From the NCBI GenBank assembly GCA_964035545.1, contig OZ037765.1, forward strand, positions 25,915,504 through 25,979,503: a stretch of 64,000 nt of DNA, read 5' to 3'. The translations under genes were made by a program, and so were the position numbers. The notes under the pieces were generated by a model. It did not search any database, had not been told where the DNA came from, and saw only the letters and a list, made by a program, of their open reading frames with translations. Position 1 is the stretch's first letter, and every line of letters begins with the position of its first letter. Shown piece by piece: positions 1 through 12,600 of the stretch. The DNA is from Bugula neritina. Lineage: Eukaryota > Animalia > Bryozoa.

Positions 1-152
1 TTGGTGATAATTTTATTCGTTGTTGAGTTATGACATCATTTTTATATATTGCTTCTTGAAATCAGATGGCGATAAAAACAGAATATTCATTTTATTTATA
101 ATATACTCGGTGTATCAAGTTTTATTGATGTCATGCCATATTTTATCCGTAG

Positions 153-691
153 GTGAAGAAGTGTATATGGGATGTTACTTTGATTATACAACTGTGGCTG
201 ATAGAAACTTTATTCCCAGATCCAACACCTCCACAGCCTATGACTGCATGGAGCATTGCTTCTCATTAGATGCACTATATGCATCACACAACCTCAAATG
301 TATGATCAATATTTTTCAGTTTTATTTGTGAGTTGCTCTATTATTTACATAATTTTTCAAGTGTACTGTTATTATATACCTTGTATTATTTCTGGGTGTT
401 TGAAAACGTTTAGATTTTTTTTATAATTTGAAATCTATAATTTTAATGTCATCATAAAAAGTATTATTGAATGAAAACATCTCAATATTTATTTTCAAAA
501 TTTCTCAGGCTCATAATTATTTTGAAATTGTTTTAAAATGTTTCAGTTTTACAACTTTATTTTAGTTGCTGATGATAACTGTGCCTGTGCAGACCATTTC
601 TCAGGCTATGCCAAACTAGATGATGAAGTTTGTGAATCATCAGAGCCACCCTCTGCTAACGTAGCCTTCCGCTCTGTTTACCAAGCTTGGA
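153..691 (+). CDS. WSC domain (exons 153-299, 566-691); gene continues upstream of the window
   Basis: Spliced peptide EEVYMGCYFD...YDCMEHCFS...ADDNCACADHF...DEVCE...RSVY fits the WSC pattern (Y-x-GCY, C-xxx-C, C-x-C). The first exon starts in phase 1 with no ATG. Confidence 0.75.
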
Positions 692-3600
692 GTAAGTCTG
701 TCATTACGGCTATAATTTATTGTAAAATAAGGCATCGCAGCTTGAACATGAATTTGATTTCGGCAATAATTACATAATTTAGCAATTTTGTATTTGTAAA
801 AATCTATTTTATGTCCAACTCAGACATTTTTGGCATTTATTGCTTTTTTCTCATATTGTATTTACCTTTCTTATTTTGAAATGCAGACCTGTGGACTATT
901 CAGGTTTTTAAACTAGTAATTTAGTGTGAGAATATGATGCTACCTGAAACTGCTAAAATAGTGTAACTCACAGGAACTAGTGTCACTATTCATAAACGTT
1001 TAAATGTAAATAGTTTTTGTAGTTTTGGGAGAAAATTTGAATTGATCATAAAATATTAAGGCCTTGGTGTGGTAGCTCTGCTTATGCAATATTTAGTGCG
1101 CAATTAGCATTTACAAAGATGCACTAGTTTATGGGTAGGGAAAAATTCAGTTGTTGAGTTATTGTCACTGAATTATTCAACTTTCCGTTCTATTCTGATG
1201 CATAACTCCAATGTTACAATTTATTGCTGTTTTAGGAACTTATTGCCCACCTCATGGAAATGTCAGCAACTCAGTCAACTATACTAACATACACGCTGTT
1301 CACAACTATTCCAAAATAAATACTCAGCTATTATTCTCATGTGTTGATGGATATAAATTGAATACAAACACTGGTCCAACTGTTTGTGATCCTCGGACTA
1401 GAGCATGGACACCAGCCCTTACTTGTATTGGTAATGTCATTTTTAGTCTCTTCTATCAAGTCTAACATACCACTGGCTGTCTCATGTTCAGTATGCACAC
1501 ATATTTGTTTTTATCACAATTACTCTTGAGAGTGTGTATTTTCTTGTTTTGCCTCGTCTCGAGATTTTCAACTTGTGTTATTTAACGCTGTTCAACAACC
1601 ATAACATGTTAATGATGCGCTCAAGAATTATATTATACGCAGTTAATTCTTGTGATATGTTTACAGACATTGAATGTAGCAATGTCATACCGACGACGGA
1701 GAACCTGACAGTGAGCAGTGCCAACCGAGGCTATCTAGCGACAATAAACTACACGTGTCTTACGGGTCACTACTTCTCAGACAATTCCTCTGTGCACACT
1801 AGTGTCTGTGTATCCAGTGAAGATTGGTCTATTACTGAGCCACAGATATGTTCCCGTGAGTCATCATGTAAACATTCCATACTTTTAAAGTATGTTTTTC
1901 AGAGAGAACATAGGTATACATGTTTCTGTACATCCTCACCTATAAGCCTTAGGGCCACACGGTGCGTATTTTCGCATGCGAAAATTGAAATCACAAGTAG
2001 CAAAGGTGTCCACTGCAGTGTCAGTGATGCGTGATAAATAAAGCTTTCATTTTTAAATCGCACTCGCTTTCAATAAAACGCAATTTACTGGAATGTAGCA
2101 CTAAAATTAAGAGATTGGGCTCGCTGAATAATTACCAGCCAATTATGTGAAGACGACAGAGACAATCGTACTTGCGTTGAGAATGCTGAGCGACAAGTGC
2201 GAATGTTTTCTCAACGCGTACAGTGGACACCTTTGCTACTTGTGATTTCAATTTTCGCATGCGAAAATACGCACCCTGTGGCCCTAGGCTAACCGCTCTG
2301 CCCTGTTCGGGTAGCGGGTGGCTGCCAGAGGCCTCGCTCAATTAGGCTTTTTAACCTAACTCTGTTCTGACCATTCAGAATTTCTGTCATTACCTATAGA
2401 CTAGTTTGCCATTTCTTTAGATATCCAAATCAAATTTTAGATGGTTAGAATTTTTAAACTTGAAGCTAGACTTTTTAGCTAAGTGAATGTCAGAACATGG
2501 CTCTAAATTCTGCATAGTCTTAAAGCAGCAAATATTTGAACTAACACTGCTGCCGTAATTTTGCTTAGTTAGTAAGAAATAAACAGCGACTGCTTGTAAT
2601 ACAAATAGCAAACATGTAATTCAAGGTGGCACACAGAAAGTTTTTTTTATATTTTGTAAGTTCCTGTAAATATGAAAATAGTATTGGTGGCTGCTCATTT
2701 GTTTAGTTATATTATACAACTATTTGTACATAGTTATAATTAACATCATTTCTTGATTGTCTCTCTCAGCTATAAAGTGTGATGAGCCGGAGGAGGTAGC
2801 TGGTACAGACATGAATATAGTTGGTGTACATTACCCTCTGCCAGTACACTATGACTGTGTTCTTGGATATGCAATCAATCCCGGGACAACAATCTCTGGC
2901 CGTGAACGTCAAACAATGGAGTGTCTAGAGAATGGGGAATGGAACTTTACTGCACACAGTCCGTGTCTACACAGTGAGTATCATGGCATCTGATTGGAAA
3001 TGTGTTTTGAGAAATATAGGAGGTTTTGCTATGAATAGTTATACTGAAACCAAAGTGGTTTTAGTAAATCCCTTCATCGTCTTCAGGCTAAGTTAAGACA
3101 CAGATATGTTTATTAGTTATTTAGACTACTATATGGTGTTATCACTTCTATATCCAACTATTTCAAATGTGTTACAATTTCTTCTACTTGCTATTCTTAT
3201 GTTAAATTTACTCACTGTTTTGAAATTCAGTTTCAGGAACAGTTTTACGTAATTTATGTATATATTTAATGATTATCTGTCAAAAGCAGTTAAAAAGAAA
3301 TTAAAGTACATGTTTTATTAGCTTCATACTTGGTTATATTTACCTTGCCTTTAAAACTCATGTTTTTGCATGCTAAGTGAAGTTTTCTTTGCTTTTAATA
3401 TTGCATGTATTATATATTTTAACTCTTTTAGAAAAAGTGTGTCCAGTACTGAATATTTATGAAGCTGTTGGTAACACATCTAATATAGAGTATGAGACTG
3501 TAGTAGAGTTTACATGTAACACTGGATTTCTATTAGCTCATGGTAGCACTCAAGAAGATATGATTGCAACTTGTTTACACACAGCTCAGTGGGATAAAGT

Positions 3601-6600
3601 TGTACCAGACTGCAGAGGTGAGTGTAGAAGAAGACAATTTCTATATCCATGCAGGTTGCTGCTGAAATGTCGCTGTATTGTGCTGTGTAGGGGATGTGTA
3701 TTAACATAAAATTATAACATTGAATTCTATTGTACTGAACTGTAATTTATTTGGTTTAGTGTTGTTTTTTAATGTATTTAATTGTATTATATTTTGTTGC
3801 ATTTTATTGGATTCTCTTGTAGCTGTAATGCATTCTATTATATTATGTTATATTGCATTGTATTATGTTGTAGCTGTATTATATTATATTGTAGCTGTGC
3901 AGTGCACCAACACATCTGCTACATCAGCTAATCTAACAGTAGCTGTTGGTGATTTAAGTTATCTGTCATCTATAAACTATACATGTGATGATGGTCACTA
4001 TTTCCCTGATAACTCTACATTCCATTCAAGTATTTGTGATGCTGCTGAGACCTGGACACTCACAGGAGACCAACTCTGTAGTCGTGAGTTGAATATTTTA
4101 ATTTAACTCTAATATACTAATATTTTTTATTGGGGACTGTAATGCAAATTAACCATGAACAGTTTAATTTTAAATTAATTTTCTTTTGAATCAATAAGAG
4201 TTTCTTACTTTATGTGAAACTTCTGAGTGCAAAATATTTTAAGACACTTTTTACAAAATAATATAAATAAAAAGATTTTCGCATAAGGCAGTTTTTTTAT
4301 GCGCATAAAATTGTTGACGCCAATAATATACAAGCTTATGATTTACTTAGCACTACTTTATACCATCGTAAAGCTGGATATATACTCAATATACGCGAAA
4401 GTTATGTTCTGTGTAAAAATTTATATAATTTATGTGTAAGCAAAATGTTTAAAATATGTCATTTACGCTTTTAAGCTTAGTGGGTAGTGCAGAACTCTTC
4501 TATTAGAAAATCTATTCAGATCACTACTCAAAGTTGATTGAATAAAGATTTGAAGTCTTTCAGACTTTAGCAAACCTCTTAAAGATTAGACCTTTGAGTT
4601 ATCTCCTTTTTTTCACAGCTATAAAGTGTGATGAGCCTGACGGGGTAGCTGGTACAGACATGGATATAGTTGGTGTACATTACCCTCTGCCAGTACACTA
4701 TGACTGTGTTCTTGGATATGCAATCAATCCCGGGACAACAATCTCTGGCCGTGAACGTCAAACAATGGAATGTCTAGAGAATGGAGAATGGAACTTTACT
4801 GCACACAGTCCGTGTCTACACAGTGAGTATCATGCCAACTAATTCAGCCATATTGTAAATGTTCTTGCTTACTCTGTGGAGAACTCAGCTTAGCAGTTGG
4901 GAAGACAACTTTAATAATGTCCATTAGTTTTGTTTCAGTTCAAATAAATACTTTTTTGTATGTGTACAAAAGGGCTCCCGTTATAAAATATATTAATAGA
5001 ATGTGACTCACTGCAAGATTTTTAAGGCAAAGCCTGTTTATTGCTGAAAGTTGTTTCGTCTGCTAGAGAAGCAGGTGTGACAATAACCTATAATAAGCCA
5101 ATATCAATAATCCAACAACTCAAGTAATTGCAAACAATTTCAGCATACTGTATGCATTCAAAAGAGTTATAAGATAATGATAGCACCAACAATTGTACCA
5201 TAAATAAACTGCTTTATAATAGCAGACAACTATTAGCAGATAAATAATAATAAAGGTACATCTGATCAACAGTTGGGTAATAATGAAGGCAATTATATAC
5301 ATTTGCATAATTTAAGCACTTGAAAATAATTAAATTATACTGAGAAGCTAGAAATAAGGTTTTTTTGCCACAATTTTATCTTTGACCATAGTTTTGTTCC
5401 TTGATTTATTGTCACATATTTTATAATTATAAAAGTTTAGGCAAGTTGTGTTCATGAATTTAATATATTCCATGGCTGATCCAGTATTATGACTCTTTAT
5501 ATCAGTCATTTTTGGTAAATTATCTTTGCTTAATTGTGTTCTTCTTTGGTTATACTACAAGTATTTCCTCACCTAGCATCTTACTTATAAAGTGCCTTTG
5601 CTTACTGAATTTACTTGGTGTGTTGCTAAATTCAGAATTATATGTACACCAGGGTAAATATTATCTACGATGTATAATATGTGTAATATATTATTGATCT
5701 ATGTGTATTATTTGAAATATTACATATTTTATTGTTCACCACTGCGTATTTTAGAAAAAGTGTGTCCCGTACTGAATATTTATGAAGCTGTTGGTAACAC
5801 ATCTGATATAAAGTATGAGACTGTAGTAGAGTTTACATGTAACACTGGGTTTCTATTAGCTCATGGTAGCACTCAAGAAGATATGATTGCAACTTGTTTA
5901 CACACAGCTCAGTGGGATAAAGTTGTACCAGACTGCAGAGGTGAGTGTAGGAGAAAACAATTTCTATATTCATGCAGGTTGCTATTGAAATGGGCGTCAT
6001 TCCAAAGTTACGACCCCCAGCTAGATGGCCCCAAATATTACTCTCATATATATGTGTAGATGATATTAAAATGTATTTGACTAATTTAAACTTTAAAATT
6101 GAATGAATAGAATGTAGAAAAATAGTCTAAAAAATTACATTGTATTTGGATATGGCTTCAGTAAACTGTTAGAGCAATGGCTTCAATAAGTCATAATATT
6201 ATGCATATGGTTTCAGTTATACATGTACACCTGTGCACATGAAACTGTAACTTAGAATCAAATTTCTTTAAATTTAATTTTTTAATTCCAAGTGTTTTTA
6301 CGTAAATTCGTCTAAATTGAAGTAGTCCAGCAGGAAGTCGTCTAAGTGGAATATATTGATGGTCGTCTTTCTGAACTGAAACCGCTAAAATGTTGCTGTT
6401 ATATATTGTAGCAGGATGTCTATTAACATGACATTATAACATTGAATTCTATTGTACTGAACTATAATGGCAGGTTTTGTATTAAAACATAACATCATGA
6501 CCCTGTGTTTATAATTGTTTTCAACTGTAATGTAGTTTATTTTAGTATTGTATTATGTTGCATTTTATTCGATTCTCTTTTAGTTTTGTTATTTTATATT

Positions 6601-9600
6601 ATTGTATTATTTTATGTTGTATTATCTTATATTCTAACATAATACGTATTATATTGTAACTATGTAACATTGTATTATATTATATTGTAACTATGCAACA
6701 TTGTATTATATTATATTATAGCTGTACAGTGCACCAACACATCTGCTACATCAGCTAATCTAACAGTAACTGTTGGTGATCTAAGTTATCTGTCATCTAT
6801 AAACTATACATGTGATGATGGTCACTATTTCCCTGATAACTCTACATTCCATTCAAGTATTTGTGATGCTGCTGAGACCTGGACACTCACAGGAGACCAA
6901 CTCTGCAGTCGTGAGTTAATCTGTTGGTCATTTATACTAACTTTATTCTAGTTTATTAAAAATCAGATCAGTCTATTCTTATTCCATCTCATTTATATAA
7001 CTTGTATCTGCATCTTTTACTTAATAAACCTCCACAACATGTCATACTTTTAAAAATACAAGTATAAATCGGATTTTCTTAGCTCTGTGGGTATGGAAAG
7101 TTAAGCTGAGAAAGCACTAATTTTCATAGAGTACTATCCAATGGATAAAATCACTAATGCAATTATTTCATATTAATTTGTCAACACACATTTTAATGCC
7201 AATAAGCAATATATTTAGAAGAAAAACAATTTTTTTAATTCACATTTTAAATCCTAAAGATATGTTGTATTATAGCATTGTTACTGTACAAGCTTTAAAA
7301 AGAAAAACTATAAAAAGCTTTTAGTCTCTCTGTACTACTCAACCATTAATGTGTTCTATGCACCATAAAACTTGTTTATTAAAATCCTATAAAATACAAT
7401 GTAGTGTCTCAAATACTTTGATGTCTGGAACTATTTTTTACTATTAAACAAAATTAAATTTTAAGAGATTATTTTTAAAACAGGAAATTGTTAACAATAT
7501 AATATACAATATGTAAGACTGGTATTGTTATTTATTAAGTTTTATTTTACATATATGTGTGCTTGTATTGGTACCACAAAGATTGCAATATTTTAATTCA
7601 ATTTCCATCCAGTTAATTCAATTCTCATCACAGTTTAAATTCAATTCTTGATAATGATCTCACATGATTAAAAAGATTTAGTGGCCGAAATACTTTTTAC
7701 AGCACATAACCTGGATTTAGAGATATAAACATGTTGCAATTCAATATTTACATTAAACAGCCATCCAGTGTCCTGAGCCTGCAATTCTGACAAACACTAA
7801 CAGGACTGTGGTTGGTACACACTTCTCCCATACTGTAAGCTATTTGTGTGACTTGGGCTATGCTACCTCACCGAATAATACCGCCAGTGGCCAGGAGCTC
7901 CAAGTGATGACCTGCCAATCTAATGGAAGCTGGTCTATTAAACCTCAACCTTGTCAATTCAGTAAGTTTTGCTAGAAACTTTATACCAGATAATAAACTG
8001 AAACCTTGTTGAAATCTTATCATTTAGCAGCTGCCTGCATTTGATCTCTTTTTGTGAAATAATCCAATCTTCTGTGGATTGTTGTGATTTCAAGAACTTT
8101 CTTTATGCTAATAGCATGTGATATGTTATTATAATATAATATATTTCAATTGTTTTTTAGAAAAAGTGTGTCCAGTACTGAATATTTATGAAGCTGTTGG
8201 TAACACATCTGATATAGAGTATGAGACTGTAGTAGAGTTTACATGTAACACTGGATTTCTATTAGCTCATGGTAGCACTCAAGAAGATATGATTGCAACT
8301 TGTTTACACATAGCTCAGTGGAATAAAGTTGTACCAGACTGCAGAGGTGGGTGTAGGAGAAGGGTATTGCTTTAACAATCTATGATCATATTGTATTATG
8401 CTCTGTTGTGTTTTATTGTATTACATTGCACTGCAATGCATTGAATTCTGATACAGCTACATATATTATATTATTTATGTTGTATTATATTATATTATAT
8501 TATATTATATTGTAGCTGTACAGTGCACCAACACATCTGCTACATCCGCTAATCTAACAGTAACTGTTGGTGATTTAAGTTATCTGTCATCTATAAACTA
8601 TACATGTGATGATGGTCACTATTTCCCTGATAACTCTACATTCCATTCAAGTATTTGTGATGCTGCTGAGACCTGGACACTCACAGGAGACCAACTCTGT
8701 AGTCGTGAGTAATTATTCATTTCTAAATATTTTGTAATAATGCATATGTATTCTTTAGGTATAAAATGTTTTGTAATCATATACATATTTACATGAAGCT
8801 TTGTGTTTTGTGGAAATGACAGAAGCTAGTTAGCTTGTGCTATGTTTTAACAAATATATGGCATATTCTTTGCAAATTATTATAATGCTACATTCTACAC
8901 CTTTACATTACATGCTATAGTGTTTTATCTTCCTATGGTATAGTGTGGTGTGGTGTTACATTTTTATATTGTTTCCAGCTGCCAGATGTCCTGATCCCCA
9001 GCCTGGTGTTTTGTCTAACATGACCATATTGGGGGTGTACTACAACCAGACTGTGGAGTATGAGTGTAACTACGGGTGCTCAGTCAACCCTCTCAATCAC
9101 ACAATCACTGGTGCTGAGCCTATCACTGAATTGACTATAACTTGCAAGTCAGATGGCACCTGGGACTCTGAGGCTATAGTTTGTAAATGTAAGTCATTGT
9201 TACTGCATAATATAATATTTCCAACACAGCTCTAAGCTAAATTTTGCAAGTACAAATGGTATTTATTTTAGTATCTTGATGAAGCATGTTTTTTATCAAA
9301 AATTTATAGGATTCACTAATTTTGAAAATCAACTATGTCTTGTATAGATTTTACCTTGTGCATGGTTGAAAAAATTAAAACATGAAACGTGCTAGAATTT
9401 GTTATTCGTCTCTATCAATGTAAGTATGTAGCCATGTATACATTTTCTAAAGCTTGCTTTGAAACATGTTGAATTATATCAAATATTTATAGTTGTTTTG
9501 CTACACAAGATACTAAAATCTATAATGCAAATATTAGTGTCAAACTTATGTTGGATTAAGTTATTGCTTTTTCCAAATACAAAATGTGCATTATGGCATA

Positions 9601-12600
9601 TTATGTAATTTAAACAAAAGTAATATTGACCAAGGTGGATAGAATTTCTAGCTTATCGATTTTTATTTGAAGTAAAGTCGCTCCAACATTTGTGCCATCA
9701 ATAGTTTATTCAAATGAAAGATTTCTATATTGTAAAATTTAAATGCGTTATATGATACGTTTGATTGCCCAACTTAAAAATACATTAGCTTGTATTGCTA
9801 ACGTTTGTGTAAGAGACATGTTTTGTACATTCACCAAGGAATCAATATGTTCCTGTCAAGAGCCTACTCAATATAAGAAATCCTTGGTATACTTTTAAAA
9901 AAAAGTAGTTATGATCGGGTTTGAACCATAAGCCACTAAAATGATCAAAAGGGTAAGACCATAGCCCTAACATAACAACGCTATGAACTGTAACTTTATT
10001 AAGAGTTCATTCCAAACTACACGTGTGACTTTTTCCTATGCGTTCTGATATGTATATTTTGCTGGTGCAAGTAAAGTTGTATACAAATATATTATTTAGG
10101 GGTGTAATTGAAAATTTTGATATTTTAATACACTCTTACCTGTTTACCTACTTAAAAAGTCAAAGCTAGGTGGTGAGCTCTTAAGCTATGCCACCACCTA
10201 GCCTTCTCGATTCAGGATAATGCAATGCTGAGTTAATGTCCTAAAGATTCCAAGTCTGGATGCAAACAATTTTATTCATTACACTTGAGTCTCATCATTT
10301 TTATGTTTGATGATTTAGTTTTTATAACTACATATGCAAACCTAACTTGTTCTGTTAGTTACAACCTTTTTAGTTGTCATTTGAAGCAATCGTGTTTAAT
10401 TGCGTTCACTATCATGTGTTCTTATAACAGCCAATTATGTTATATTCAGTTAACGTATGTCCTGAATTGGATGTTCTTGGAGGAGTGCCAAATACAACTC
10501 TCACCCACTTCTCAACTGCTGTATCCGTATTATGTGATGTTGGATTCAAAATGGCCAACGGTGTATCACCATCAGATATGATCTCCACTTGCCTAGCTAA
10601 TTCATCATGGTCTAATGACATTCCAGATTGTGATTGTAAGTTTATGTATTATTAAGTAACAGAGAGAGAAACAAGATAATATTAAATGATGTAATATTGT
10701 TATGTTCTCGGTATAACCCCCATGTGTACGTTGCTCTCCCGTAGGTAGGGTCAGATGAAATGTCGCATTGTCAACTGTAGAGTTAAGTCATAAATTATAC
10801 AACATTACCAGAAATGCACCTGAACACAGTAAAGTGTAAACTAATGCGTCAAAACTGTTTAACAATTATATTTCGAACAAGTTCATGTTATCATAAGTTT
10901 GTGTATTCTGTTAAATACTCTAAGCTTAGATATTCTAATAAAACATATTATATTGTTTAAATAAAGGTTTTGTTCTGATGAAACTAAAAATTAATTCTAT
11001 TCACTGTAATTACATTGGTCTAACCATCGCTGCTTTATTTATTTCTCATCTCTGAATTTTTAGTCAAGTTGTGTGCTTGTATGTATATTATTTGTTTGTA
11101 TTTTGTAGATTATCTCTGTCCAGACAATATGACAATGCCCAACTCTCAGCTATTTCTTGAAGGAAGACATTACTTAGATTGGGCTACATTTGTTTGCGAT
11201 CCGGGTTATGAGTACGCTGACGGAACTAGTGAGCAGCAGAGTCAGTGTGTGCAACATTCAGACACTGGTGTGGCGTGGCTTCCTTTTAGTCACAATGAAT
11301 GTATCCGTAAGTTAATTTGTGCATACACGCCAATCAGTTTTCATATCAATTTGTAGACTAACAAAAAAAGTTTATCTACAATGTGCAATACGCATAGTTG
11401 ATAAATTAGTATGATTTATTTAAATACACATGTGTAAGTAAAGTTTTGTTACATTAGGTGGTAAAGTTTTGTTATATTAAGTGTTAATCACATGTAACAT
11501 TTGATTATTCATTGATTTCAGGTGTGAACTGTGGTTACAACAACTTCTCGTGTGTGGATGAAATGTACGTCTACAGCTCACCATCTGGCTATGTTAACCA
11601 ATCTTCAGACCCTGCAGATTACACCTTTTTCGAAGATCAGCTGGAAGTGTTTGTTAAACCAAAATATATGCTGGTGCTGTTTATGTCCGACGGGAGTGAA
11701 GAGCATCTGACTGGGCATGGCTATCTCTCCTGTAACCACACTTCTCGGTGGAATGATGCTGTCTTCATCAACTGTTCGGGTAAGTGATTTTTCATTTTTT
11801 TTGGTTATACCTTTTACTCATTTTTGTTGAAAAACCAGAAAGCTGTAGTACCGCAGTGTATTATATAACTTCTGTCATATATAATGTATGCTATGTTTTA
11901 TCTCCATTGTCATTTGAGTATCTAGTCTTTCATACTGCGCCGTCTTTCTCTTGCATTTTTCTCTCACTTAGTTTTTGTAAAGCTAAACATTTTGCCATTT
12001 GTTATAAAGCATTAAGCTAAAAGCATGATTACTTTTAGTGTATGTTTCATATTTTGCCTACTATCTCATGCCATCATTAACATTTTCTCATCCCTCATTC
12101 GCACGACGATTGTGATTACATAGCATGTATGACTGTGTCTGTGGGTATCCTGTGTGGTGTAGTGTGCTATTACGTGGTTGTATGCTCTCTCTGGTGTCAG
12201 TGTGCGCCTCTAATACTGAAACTTGTGTCGATTAAAACTTGGATCCTGGGATAGAACTCTGTTACTACAGTGATATGAGGCAAGCTCTTGGCTAACACAG
12301 TGATGCAGGTATTTAAAGAAACTAATGCTGGCTATTGGTTATAGCTGCATACATTTTATTCTTTTATTTTATCAGTGAACTTATTTATTTTGTCAATTTT
12401 CACTTCAATTAAATATTAAGAAACTTATCAAAATAATGACATATTGATGTTTTTTTTGAACCATGGCAGTACTTTAGAAAATTAATTTAAAACTGCCAGC
12501 TATTTGCTATTTTTGGAAACAGTTAAAAGCAATTTCCTGACATGTCCTTAGAGTACTTTAACTGATCTTTAGTCCTGCTGAATGTTAAAAATGTGAGATA

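Noticed and set aside
2770-8704. Near-identical Sushi exons as a mis-assembled duplication
   Set aside because: The flanking introns differ, each exon copy has private substitutions, and one intron has a unique insertion. Read-level checking is still advisable.
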